A DNA stretch of 64,000 nucleotides from the human T2T-CHM13v2.0 reference genome, Homo sapiens. The position numbers were made by a program, and so were the translations under genes. This document shows positions 1 through 12,764 of the stretch, one piece after another. Under the pieces are notes generated by a model. It was not told the DNA's origin. It saw only the letters and a list, made by a program, of their open reading frames with translations, and searched no databases. The stretch lies in assembly GCF_009914755.1 (NCBI RefSeq), contig NC_060930.1; one strand, 5' to 3'. Each line of letters begins with the position of its first letter. Within the stretch, counting starts at the first letter, position 1.

Positions 1-199
1 AAACTGTCTTTAAGTACATAGAGATGGAATTTTTTTAAAAGACATAATGACATTTTTAAATGTTAATAAATAAAGTTATTCATATATATTTATTAAGTAC
101 CTAATATATGAAGATTCAGATCACCATAAATAATGAAAAAATATCCAAAAGAAAACAAATATCATTTTCCTAAAATTCGCTCTTATTTTTAAAATTCCT

Positions 200-2040
200 T
201 GAAAGATCTTTTAAGTAAAAAGCCAAGTTTTTAAAAAGTAAAAAAGAATATTTGGGAAAATTCAGAAAAAGCATAATGAGAAAGGATTGGCCTTTCCACA
301 TGTAAAAACATATTATGCTACAACAGTAATTAAAACAATATGGTACCAGAGCATGGAACATGGAATAGTTGGATAAATCTTTGGAGTAAACTAGAAAACC
401 CAGAAGTAGATTCAAATATTATAGGATAAAAGTGACATTTCATATCATAAGGTAAAATAGCTTGTTCAATTAATGGTTGTTAACTCATTATCTCTCAGTT
501 ACGAAACCATTTATATCTATTCTACTCTGTGATACTAAGCCTGAGATTCTGCAAATTACATTTCCCAGGCTCCTGTACTAGCTGCTTTCTGTTGGGTTCT
601 GCTAATTGGAGTCAGTAGAGGAATGTTAAAAGGTGGGATGGGGAGAAAAATTTCCTTTCTACTTTGTCCTGTTTCTGACAATGTTGCTCCAGTAGTAGCA
701 GTTAGCTGCAGCTCTTGGTTCTTCAGGCCTCCCACAACTAGCCTCATCAAGCTCCCTTAGAGGTACTAGCAGAGGCTGGGCAGTAAGCCCTCTGCAGAGG
801 GATTCCTCCTCTATAGTCCTATGCACTAGTCATCTTATGTCTTCCCTTTGTTTCCTCAGCCCTAGAGGTGATAGCTGCTTCTTGCAGTTACCATCTCTGG
901 TTACTTCAGAATTCTCCTTTCACTCTTTTAGGCTTCTAACATCTGTGTAACCAAATCCCTATTAACTCCTTTCTGTTTGAAATATCTAGTGCACTTCCTG
1001 TTTTCCTGACTAGACCCTGACTCTTATGAACAGCCATCCACAAAAAAGTAAAGTAGTTCACTTTAGGATGAATTTCAGATGGGTTAAATATTTAAATAAG
1101 AAAACCTGGTGGAAAAAAGTACTAGAAGAAAATTTGAAAGAAATTTTGTATAATCTAAGAGTGGGAAGGCCTCTCTAATTTTAATCCACATCAGAAGCCA
1201 TAAAACAAAAATTGATGTCTGACTAATAATAGTAATAATAAATTCTGCATAACAAAAAGTGCCAAAAGTGAAGTCAAAATAAAAATAATGAGATAGGAAA
1301 AAATATTTGATTCACAGCTTGTATCAAAAAGAACTAATTTCTTTGTTATACAAAAAGCTCTCATTAATCAATAAAAGACCAACAATTCAATGGAAAAACA
1401 GGCAAAGATAAGAACAGACTAATCACAGAAAAAGCAATACAAATGTCTCTAACAACATTTGAAAAGATGTTCAACCTTACTCATAAGAGAAATGTAAATT
1501 AAAACTACTGGAAAATACCCATTTCACCTATCAGATTGGCAAAGGAATTACAGCACTGAATTGGCAAAACAACTGATAATGTACTGTGTTGGCAGGAATG
1601 TGAGAAACCAGGCCTATGAAGGGCAACTTTGCAAAATCTATCGCAAATTTATATACCATTTGACCCAGCAATTTCAATTCTGGGAATTTAATGAAGAGAA
1701 ATACTCCTACATGTGTGATAATATATATGTATAATATATTAATGGAGCATTGATTGTGATAGCAAAAAACTGGGTACAACTTAAATGTCCTGCAACAGGA
1801 GACTGCACTATGTACCCAAATATACACTCTGACGTCACTGAAATGAATGTAAAATCTCTATGTGTACTAATAGGGAAAAATTTCCAAGCCATATTTGATA
1901 TCAGAAAAAGGCTGATTTCAGTACAATATATATATAATATGCTCTCATTTGTGTAAAAAACAAAAAATATAGTATATGCTTCCATATATTATACCCTTCT
2001 GGAACTTTTAAACCATATGTGTGAATTAACCATTCAAAAT
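200..2040 (+). mobile_element. Old L1M (L1ME-like) ORF2/3' fragments, interrupted by an LTR33-like solo LTR
   Basis: Degenerate L1 ORF2 motifs (aattaaaacaatatggtacc, gtactagaagaaaat, gaaaagatgttcaacctt, tttgacccagcaattt) on both sides of about 480-1025. Boundaries approximate. Confidence 0.65.
480..1025 (+). mobile_element. LTR33-like ERVL solo LTR
   Basis: ctgcaaattacatttcccaggctcc, and a 3' end tgtaaccaaatccctattaa...ttttcctgactagaccctgact typical of LTR33/LTR16. Confidence 0.7.
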
Positions 2041-2065
2041 TTAAACTAAAATAGTTTTAACATAA

Positions 2066-2363
<298 letters not shown>

Positions 2364-2929
2364 AAAAATTTCTAAATATATAAACTTTACCCCTAGAATT
2401 CTATTTTGGTGTTTTGCCTAATTTTTGAACACAAGTTTACTACTGAATTAGAGCATCGTCCCATCCATACACTTGTCTTGTTTTATAATTAAAACGTGAT
2501 TCCTGAGCATGTGATTACAATAAGACTCTACCTTGGAAAAGATATTGTAGTGACACTTTATCAAAAAATAAAAGTTTCCGAACACCTGGACAGAACGGAA
2601 GTTCTCTCCCCTGAGTCCTTGATGAAATATGCAAGCAAGTTATTTTACGACAAATAATTGAATAAGCTTTTAAGCACTAGCTTAACAGTAGGTGTTTGTA
2701 TGGAGAGTTGCCTTCTCTACCTAATGACCTTGACTTGGATGTGGAAACAACATAAAAAAATAAAGTAGGACAAAAATCAATGAAGAGAATAAATGCACTA
2801 TACCCATCAGCCAACCTGGAACACATACAATCTTAGTGTCTTTTCTTTAAAATCATTTCCATAACACATAATGAAAAAGAATACTCTCCAATAAAAAGAG
2901 GCTCCCAACATTATTTAAGATGGGAAATA

Positions 2930-3220
2930 TTCAAGGGACTGCAGACAGGTCAGTATGACAGGATCATAAATTGAGGAGATGTAGTGAAAGATAAGGCTGA
3001 AGTGGTGAGCAGTGGTGAGCCGGGGTCAGCCCATGAAAGCCCAAGCAGAAGACAGACTTGATCAGTTTTGTATTTTAAAAAGCTAACTCTTGCTGTGATC
3101 TGGGGAATTAGCCAAAGGGGGACAAGACTGCAGGAAGGGCATACCAGTTAAGAGTCTGTTGCAATAAACCATGTGAGCGGTGGTGAGGATGCCTGAAGTA
3201 AAGCGGTGGCAGTGGAGATC
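2930..3220 (-). mobile_element. L2 fragment
   Basis: Purine-rich L2 antisense signature (gatcagttttgtattttaaaaagctaactcttgctg...ccagttaagagtctgttgcaataa). Confidence 0.6.
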
Positions 3221-3720
3221 ATGTCTCTCCAGCTATGTGAGGTCAGGGACTCTGTGGCTTACTCTTTTACATTCTCTCCATTGCCTGGCATTCCGTAATT
3301 GCCTGTCAATTATACCCTTGTTAGTTGAATCCACTATCTCGTGATGGTAGATAATAAATAAGAATGGCGAGCCTGTTGATCTCCTCTCTGCTGTAGGTAG
3401 ACAACAGTGTGGTATCTGTGAAGATAATTGCAATGAGGCAGTGATACTCAAGAGGGAATGGGATCTTAATAATCACCTGTGTCCTGTCTCACAGGCTACA
3501 AAGGGAAGCCTATGTCTCTTAAACAATTAGTTCTGGAGTGAGAAAGTGCAGTGTTTAAAGCTTCCCATGCTCAACTCTTCAGTGACCCTATTAGTGTCTC
3601 CCAGTCAGGATTTGTAAGATTCTTTTCAAAGAAGGTCTTTGCTCAGGTATTTTGTAGTCAGTATACTGGGCACTTCAGGCTGACACGTTATGCCAAACCA
3701 TCTATAAGTAAGTCATGTTA

Positions 3721-4056
3721 CGTTCTCACTCATAGGTGGGAATTGAGCAACGAAAACACATGGACACAGGAAGGGAAACATCACACACCGGGGCCTATTG
3801 TGGGGTGGGGGGAGGGGGGAGGGATAGCATTAGGAGATATACCTAATGTTAACTGACTAGTTGATGGGTGCAGAACACCAACATGGCACATGTATACATA
3901 TGTAACTAACCTGCACGTTGTGCACATGTACCCTAAAACTTAAAGTATAATAAAAAAAAGTAGTTTGATTAAAAATAAATAAATAAATAAAAGACTTATT
4001 CAGTACCCAACATAAAGTACCTATTTAATAAATATAAAAAATTCTAAAAAAAATAA
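3721..4056 (+). mobile_element. 5'-truncated L1PA 3'UTR (about 240 bp) with an about 85 bp 3' transduction
   Basis: L1PA 3' end at 3721-3959, non-L1 segment at 3960-4045, second A tail at 4046-4056; 12-bp TSD TAAGTCATGTTA at 3709-3720 and 4057-4068. Confidence 0.9.
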
Positions 4057-4267
4057 TAAGTCATGTTAGATATTGCAAAGATTACATATATGGCTCACAC
4101 TCTGTATGCAACATTGATCTTATCAGCACTCACATGCTTATCCTTTCTAAACTCAAAGCTAGGAATTTACATTCCATTAAAGAAAAAAAAGGCATGCATA
4201 GTTTGATTACTTCAGAACACAACTCATCTTACACATTGTTTTCAGGTTAAAAAAGTTTGCTAATTAA

Positions 4268-4322
4268 ATATATATGTGTATATATATATACAGATTTTTT
4301 TACATAACATATACACATATAA

Positions 4323-4367
<45 letters not shown>

Positions 4368-4390
4368 ATACATATATATATATATATATA
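4268..4390. repeat. Compound (TA)n/(CA)~21/(TA)n microsatellite
   Basis: Direct reading; pure AC run at 4324-4365. Confidence 0.97.
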
Positions 4391-5645
4391 ATTCCAAGTT
4401 GGCAGGAATTACAACATCCCATCTCAGGGCAGACCCATTTAAAGTTCAAAAACAGTAATGTTAAGATCCCTTTCCTTCCACTCTTCAAGGATCACTCACT
4501 TTCATTGGTGCAAATATGTGTTTTGAGCCTGTGAGACGGATTCCTTCATCTGTTGAGGAACATGCAAAATCTTGGTTTATAGCTGATTTTCCTCATAAAT
4601 GAGCTGATCCTCATAGAACCATAGACTTGCAAATGTACTTTCATTATTTCTATTTTTTGAAGGGCAAAGGGACAGCCCAGAGACTGCTAAAATTTGTGCA
4701 CATTGTTTCATGTTTATTTTCAGGCTCTTGATGAAGAAATATTTAACATCAGAGTAAGTGTTCTAGAGATTAATGGCTGCTGTTTGGCAAGGTCCATAGA
4801 CGTCCTTTCCTGCCAATACAAATATATACATTGTTGAAGCACAAGACTATATCCACAGATAGGATTACATGTTAACTGAAAAGATTCAAGGTACAGTGTT
4901 CTTATTTCATCAAAGTGATGTCCTCTTTTGATTATGCACTATCACAGTGAAAGAATTCCAACAATTTTCATCAGTACCCTGCTTTCTCTCTTAAATACAG
5001 AGTTTGGAAAAAATATTTCTCTGTTGACAGCCATATGATATGAGTCACTTTGAGCCCTTGATTGTTTTGAAGCTGGTCTATGACGGGTTGACATAGTAAT
5101 TATGAGGTCGTTTTAAATCCCAGCTGGGCCAGTTAGTTTTGCAAAGAAACATATTCCACTACTTTGTCTGCATTTGTAACCTTGCCTGCAAACCTAAAGA
5201 TACTGCAGGTCACAGGAGCTTCAGAACAAACCCTCCATCACCACTACACTAGTAGAGGTCTCCTAAGGATCACTGAGGCCGAAAGGAGGGAAGATCATGA
5301 GGAAGGAAGAACCTAAGAAGGGGCCGTCTGTATCTATAAGTATTAGCCCAGTGACTTTCAAGAGTGTCCCTGAAACTGTTCAGAAGAGAGAAGAGAATAA
5401 AAAAGAGGTTAAAGGTTGCACTAGGCACTTGTAAACAATGTCAAGATGCTAAAAGTAATAAGTGATGTGGTACAGTGACATTTCACTAATTTGGTCAATT
5501 AAAATTTAAATTCACTATGGTCTGGACATGCTGGTCTACATTTTATTCTTAAAAACATTTAATAACTATCTTTTAAAAAGTTTTACATGAATAGTGTAAG
5601 CCAGCAAAATGCTCCTAACTTAAAGCGAAATTTATCTTTTTTTTA

Positions 5646-5853
5646 ACCACTCAGACTGCATCTTCCCCTTCTTATTCTCCCAAAGGAAGAGAAGATGGGC
5701 CATCAATGAAAAATGGTGGTTACAATGAAGCAACTGATTTCACAGCTAAGGCGAGAGCACTGCACTTCCTCCTCATGCTTTCTGGTACACTCCATGTTCA
5801 GAGAAACTTCTCTAGTAACAAACTATGAAAATGGCTCCTCAAAGTATAGAATT
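5646..5853 (-). pseudogene. Near full-length U3 (SNORD3) snoRNA retro-pseudogene
   Basis: Minus strand reads ctatactttgaggagccattttcatagtttgttactagagaagtttctctgaac ... gtctgagtggt, colinear with U3 from 5' end to 3' end, followed by an oligo(A) tail (T run about 5637-5644 on +). GAC box, box A, box B and box C are degenerate; box D CTGA is intact. Confidence 0.9.
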
Positions 5854-8280
5854 TTACTTTATTTTTCAATGTTTTTCAATCACCAGTTTGACAATGGCAT
5901 TGGCCCGTGTCACCATTGACTTTATTACAATTGATTTCTATTGTTCAGGTTGTTAAACTCCCACTAAGAAGCATGAAAAAGAGCAAGATGCACTTGAGGA
6001 GATAAAGCAGACCTTTGAAGGGAAACCAAACATCAGTTCAAGTTGTAACTTAGAGACCAGAAAAGATATTCCAAGTTTTTGTGAAGTTTAAAATGTGCTC
6101 TTTTGTATGGAAAAAATAAATCCTGTTGGCAAACAATTGATGTTTCCTCTTCTTATCTGTGGAATCGGATTCTCTTTTCCCATGAGTTTGCTCCTCAACT
6201 TGGACTGCTAAGACAATAGCAGCACATTATTTTACTACCATACAATAGGCCATTAATATACATTTGTTGGTTTTTTTGTGATTTAAAATCATTAGCTTTC
6301 AGTCTTTAGCATAAAGTGGAATTATTTAAAAACAAAATATGAAAACAACGTGATGCCACAGATTTTGGAGATTCATGCTGAAACAAAAGGTCACTGGGTT
6401 TGGGGTCAGAAGAGCATGGTACACCTTACAAGGAGGTGCCCTTAACGGAGTTTACTTAAACCCTCTGGGCTTCCGTTCAGACCTCATCTAACCTTTTAGG
6501 GTTACTGTGATTATTAAATAAAATAATGAAAATCCTGGCATATATTAGGCAGCACAAGAAGGTCACATGGGCAACACAGATATTATTTTTCTTTTGTCAT
6601 TTCATATGTTATTTGTTTTTAATCTTTGTATTATGAAAAAGTTTTAAACATACATCAAAGTAACCTGAAGAGTATAATGCACCATCTATCTCTTCATATG
6701 CTTTTTTTGAAAAGGAGGGGTTGGAGACTTTTAAAGGAAATTCCAGGCATCCTATCATTTCACCCAGCAATCAGGACATTAAGATGACGGTGTTCTCAGA
6801 GCAGGAACCCATCTGGTTCCTGGCTGAGAGACAGCTCTGCCACTAATACTGGCACATCTGTGGAAAAAATAGGTAAAGTGATGCAGGCGTTAGGCACTGT
6901 GACAGGTAGAAAACAAATCCAGAGTGTTCATCGTGACCTGTTTCCTGTTTCCTTGGAACAGCCTCACTCTTGGTCGCTATGCTGAAGGTTCCACCAAAGC
7001 CAACCCTTTGCATTTAACATGCAATACTTTAGAAAAAAATTGAACTGGAAATATGCCCTTTATTTAAAAAAGAAAACCCAGTTTATACTTGCCAATTGCA
7101 ACTACAAAGTAATTTTCAAAAAGCACCTATCAAAGTGCTTTATAGACACTGTCTATTCTCAAGAAGTTGTTAACTTAAAATAGTTCCTTAAAAGACAAAC
7201 ATGGACAAGTACAAGTCTTGTTAAAAATAGTCAATTTAGAAAAAGATGGAGATGAGTTTACCTAAGTGAGGCTATAGGTACCTGAATAGAATGGAGGGAG
7301 GAAAGAAGAGCATGTATACAGTCAGGAGAAGGTTAGAAAAAGGTGACCCAAATATTTCATGTCTATATTCCCTAGAGGGTAGGGACCTTTCTGATAATAA
7401 TTCCATGCCTAGAGAACCGCAGGAGCTTTGATCAATCTAGCTCCCTTAATTTGGAAAGTTTCCAGGCCCCCCAACAGTCTGGTGCTAAAGGCCATGGGAG
7501 ATTCAGGGATGGGGGAGGGAAGGGTAGGAGATATGTTAGTATGGGAAGGCAGTAGGATCAAGTCAACAGAAGTAGCTTTGACAAAAAGAGACACTTTACT
7601 TTTAGTGAAAGGGGAAGTAAAGAAAGTTGAGGCAATGAACAGAGTATTTTTGTTGTGGAAAGAAGTTGAGAAGATCTCAATCTTATAGGTAAAATACTTC
7701 TACATCAAAGCATCTGTGGAAGACAAAGAGAGCAAGGATAGGACTGGAAATTATGAAAGAAGTTTGTACTTAACATCTATAAAGCGTTTAAGTGTCCTTT
7801 TTAAAAAAAAAAATCAGAACAAAACAAAAAGCCTTTCCCCACCCCTACTATTTCCTTAGATATAGCCCTGCCATCTATCCACAAACTTGTCAAAAGTGAA
7901 GTTTACCCAAGCACTTGTGGACACCAGTAGTCTGGTATCAACCCTCACCATTCCTTGGAAAACACACCTTCTAAATGCCGGCTCAGTAAATAGCCTATTG
8001 TCAGTTTTCATTCTCCAGCTTTGCAGCAGCATTGAGAACTATGTCTTCCTGAAATTCTCTCCTTCCCTTGCAACCATGAAACATCTTCATTCTGATCGCC
8101 TTCCTTTCTCTTTAACCATGTCTTGTTTTCTTCTTTGGCCAGGTCTTTTCTCTCTTACCACCCTTAACCATAGATATTTTCTAAGAGAATCTCCTTGGTG
8201 TTAATTTTTCCTTCTATTCTCTTATCCCTTTGCTTCATCCATGGTCTCCTCAGATTAGTACCTTGTTTGTTTTTCTATAT

Positions 8281-8486
8281 CCATTCTGGTCAATACAGTA
8301 GCCACGAGCCACAAGTGGCGACTTAAATTTAATTAACATTAAATAAAATTTAAAATTTAGTTCCTCAGTCTTATTAGCTACATTTCAAGAGTTTGCAAAC
8401 CACATGTGTCTAATGGCTACCCTACAGGACAAGGCATATATAGAACATTTCCTTCTTCAAATAAAGTCCTATTGTACAGCACAGGT
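8281..8486. mobile_element. MER3-like hAT-Charlie MITE
   Basis: gtagccacgagccacaagtggc...aaaatttagttcctcagtc...ctacatttcaag...tagaacatttcc...ctattgtacagcac; flanked by tctaga. Confidence 0.75.
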
Positions 8487-10017
8487 CTAGACCTTATCTC
8501 TCCCAAGCTTCAAATTTGGCAGTGTTCTACATAATATCTCTCCTGGAAGTCTTCTGGAATCACAAATTCATCATGCCCCAAGTCCTACCCCACTTAACAT
8601 ACATTTCTCATACCAGTTATCTGTACAAACTAATTTTACTTGAAAATGCTCCATGTAAAAAGAGCATATCCCCAAATAATTGGGAAATATTTGTACAGGT
8701 AAGTTGTAATATTTATATATAATTTAGTTTACTAAATGGAGACCATTTTCACTGAGGAAAATGTAGGCTGCAGCCATTTAGGGGGAAATCTCCATCTTTC
8801 ACATATTACCCTTATGTGGTATTTTCCCATGGCCAGATTCCTGTAAAATAATAAAAGGATTTATGAGAGATTTTCTTTATTAATATGTCTTTTTTTACAT
8901 TTCTCAATAAAACTAAAGTTCTCCCCTACAACACCAATGCGGACATTATTCTCACTGCAGGAAAGCCAACTTTCTGATTCTATTAGGAGTCCTAAAAGTA
9001 TTCTGCCTGAAACAATGAAAATCAGACAACAAAGCTCTTTGCCAAAATATGAACAATACTACTGGACACATGAGATTCTGAAGCATCGTATTCAGCAAAG
9101 AATCAGATCTGGTTCTGATTTTAATCAGAAAGCAACCTGTCTCTCTGTTGCCTCCTAAACTTAGCAAAGACATGCCATTCTCAGCACGCTGACCATTTTG
9201 ATGGTGTGAGGTTTCACTGGGCAGCCTCGCTCAGGGTGACCTCAGCCTGAGATTCTAAAAATGGAGCATATTAAGTGCAGGTGAGTCATCAATTTAAAAA
9301 GCCATAGAGAGTAACTAAAAGCCTCATTCTTCAGAAGCACAGGGACTCTACTGGAGGCCTTCCCATGTGACAAATGGAACTCATTTAGAAAAAGAAAAGC
9401 CATCTTTAAAGAAAAAAGTGATAAATGGTACCCCTGAAGGATAAGCCTATTGTTCTTGGTTGCACAAGTAATTCCATCTGAACTGATTATCACCATTCCC
9501 AATGGAGTTATGACATCTCTTGTTAAAAATGACAGAAAAGTAGAATCATAGTATTGTAGTGGTAATATCATTGTAAATATTTATGACCATTACTGTTAAT
9601 TCATTAACATTATATATTATGATACTTATACTTTTCCTGTATAATTCAGTGTTTTGCAGATGTTAAAAATATTAATCTTATGACTGTCTCATAGGGTGTA
9701 TAAATATTAGAGCATTTCAAGATTAATCACCAGTTACTAATAGAGTAACAATGATATGCCTAACCCTTTTCTAGATATAATGAGGCACGTGAAAGATGCA
9801 GAAGACACAGCTTCTCTCAGAAGTTTTTTTGGGCAACAAGGTGTAAGTACATAAAATACTTAGGGAATGTGGGTGTATTAAGTGCTATGGTTCATTTCAT
9901 GAAGGATCAATGTAGGATTTCATGGCAGGAGAAAGATAAGCATTGGGGAGCAAGTCATTAGGAAATGCTTCACAGAGGAAGTGAGCCTTCAGTGGCCCCT
10001 AAAGAAATATTGAATAG

Positions 10018-10325
10018 GGCCAAGTGTAGTTGTTCATGCCTATAATCCTAGCACTTTGGGAGGCTGAGATGGGAGGGTTATTTGAACTCAGGAGTTCAAG
10101 ACCAGCCTAGGCAACATCGTGAGACCCCATCTCCACAAAAATTCAAAAAAATTAGCCAAGTGTGGTGGTGCATGCCTACAGTCCCAGCTACATAAGGGGC
10201 TGAGGCAAGAGGATCCCTTGAGTTCAGGAGATTGAGGCTGCAGTGAGCTGTGCATGTCACTGTGCTCCAGCCTGGGCAACAAAGCAAGACTCTGTCCCAC
10301 AAAAAAAAAAAAAAAAGAAAAAGAA
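10018..10325 (+). mobile_element. AluJ
   Basis: Full dimer; AAAGAAATATTGA repeated on both sides as a TSD. Confidence 0.93.
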
Positions 10326-10659
10326 AAAGAAATATTGACTGGTACAGGAGGAAAGTATGGGATAGGACAAAAATAAACACATATCCTGAATTTCCTTGAG
10401 AGCCCCAATTTACGTCTTGCAAGTATTTTAAGATTGTATGTGAGTATGGGGAAAAAATGTAGAGACTGCCTGATTAGATAGGAATGGTCATGTTAAGTAG
10501 CTCTAAAGATGAGATTTCATAGCTAAGAGGGAGATTTTTCAGACCAGTCTAAGCAATTTAGACTTCTATCTGATAAGGTGTAGGGACCTCTTCTAAATTC
10601 CTAAGCAACAGATAAAATGATCAGAGAAATACTTCAGAAAAAGTAGTTTGGCAGCAGTT

Positions 10660-11830
10660 ATCCAGTTATCTACTGACCTTCTAGTCCCCAATGCTCATAT
10701 TCGTTAGATGACACAGACTTGCACTCCACTCCAAATCCTGCCATAATCCTAGGAGGTTTCAACTTTTAATGGGAGATTTAGCCAATGTCCTAACTTCACC
10801 ATTTCTGGACCTCATTAATTCCAATTGCTTTCACTTCCACTCCCAGGACCGCACCCAAGACCCTGTAATAGTTAAAGCTGTGCCACACAGCATGCATCTA
10901 TAGTCCTAGGCACTTGAGAGGCTGAGGTGGGGGGATCACTTGAGCCCAGGAGTTGGAGGCTGCAGTGAGCTGATTATGCCACTGCCACTGCCCATGGCCT
11001 GAGCAATATAGCAAGATTGTCCCCAAAAACAAAACAAAACAAAACAACACTGCCGTACCAGAAACCCTAAATGCAAATAGCTCAAATTCCAGTTTTTCCA
11101 GCCCTCTCTTGCCTGTCCTGCCATTGGCCTGCCCACTTCTCCCAAGATCTCTTCCTGCTGGGCACCGTCTCATCAACACATTCTACTTTCTTATACTATT
11201 GTCCTTTCACTGCACCCACTTGGAAACTGCAACCCTAGATCCAGTGCTATAAAATATGTATCCTCCTTTACACGCAGGCTTCTAAACAGACTGCTGCCAC
11301 TGCAAATGCATGGTCTCTCCCTGCTGAATCCTAAATTTCACCCATTAGTGTTTGTATTTGTACATAATCACCTTTCTTTAGCATTCCCCTCTGCAACGAT
11401 TCAGCATGTACATAATCATCCTCAGGACCACCACTCACTTTCAGCAGACCATAACTTTGTTCCTTGATGAGAAAGCTGAGGCTTTAGGGGGATCTACCTC
11501 AACTGCCCGCCCCTCAGCTGCAAATGTTAGCCCCACTCATCTTTCCTCCTTCCATCACAGAGGAAGGGTCTCCTTCCTTTTCAAGACCAAAACCAAGTTC
11601 AACCCAAAATCATACTTTTGATTCACCACTTCCTATATCCTCCAAGATGCTGTCATCAAAAATTCTTTCTCTTTTCTACATCCTTGACTCTGCTTTTTTC
11701 TTGTCCTGCAACCTCTTAACCTGTAAACACAGTAAAGTGTCTTTCCCTCAGTTGACCTGAGTTTCCCTCTAGCTACTGTCTTCTTTCTATGCCTTTCTCA
11801 TTCAAACTTTTCCAAATAACATCTATACTG
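10660..11830 (+). mobile_element. L2 fragments, containing an Alu right monomer at about 10890-11045
   Basis: Pyrimidine-rich L2 ORF relics; the Alu monomer has an (AAAAC)n tail. Confidence 0.6.
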
Positions 11831-12292
11831 GCTAAGCTTAGTAATGACAACAACCCCAGAACATAGGAAATGTCCCCATTAGAACACATGGGGAGTAAAC
11901 TGAGGCCCAGAGTCAACACTAATAAAGTCAACTACCAAACCTTTTTGATTCTATCATATTTCCCCATAGGACTTGGCATTCAAGTCACACTGTTTTGGTC
12001 TTTTACTTTTTAAAAATCCCATGTTTCACTTAAAGCTTCAAAGTAGAGAAAAGCAACATGTAATTTCAAATCAGGAAGCCAACAAATGTAGGCCTAAAGG
12101 CCTACTCTGTGCCACACAATTAATTTCCACTAAGCTAAAGAAGGGGGAAAATTAGCTTCTCTGGCTATGTAAAACAACAACAACAACAAACAAACAAACA
12201 AAAAACCCAGAAAATCTAATTATTACCAAAAAAGAAAAAAGAAAAAAAAACATAAAGTTTTTCTAAATTATTTACTTAACTTCCCTTCACTT

Positions 12293-12764
12293 TGTTATAA
12301 ATAAAGTTTCCGTGCTGCAAAAGAAATAGCACTCGAATATAAAATTTTCTTTTTAATTCTCAGCAAGGCAAGTTACTTCTATAGAAGGGTGTGCCCTTAC
12401 AGATAGAGCAATGGTGAGTGCACTTGACAAGGGAGGGGAAGGGCTTCTTATCCCTGACGCACATGGCCCCTGCTGCTGTGTCGTTCCCCTATTGGCTAGG
12501 GTTAGACTGCACAGGCTAAACTAATTCTGATTGGCTAATTTAAAGGACTGACAGGGGTGAGTGGTTTGGTGGGAAAAATGGTAATGACAGAGCAGACAAT
12601 CGGAATGAGTCGGGGTGGAGTAGGTAATCGGAATGAGACAGGGTGGAGCAGATAATCGAAAAAGCTTGCTTTACAAGGAAGTTAAGTTTAAAAGTAGAAG
12701 GCAAAGAATTGAACATACTGACATATTGATTCTCTGAAAAGAAATTTAGAACTCATATCTAACA
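12293..12764 (-). mobile_element. LTR10 (LTR10A/F-type, HERV-I) solo LTR
   Basis: TG...CA termini; 4-bp TSD ACTT (12289-12292 and 12765-12768); minus strand starts tgttagatatgagttctaaatttc; internal ~28-bp repeat units (aatcggaatgag.c.gggtggag). Confidence 0.9.

Noticed and set aside
4274-4534. His/Thr- and Cys/Val-repeat ORFs
   Set aside because: Translations of the (CA)n/(TA)n microsatellite.
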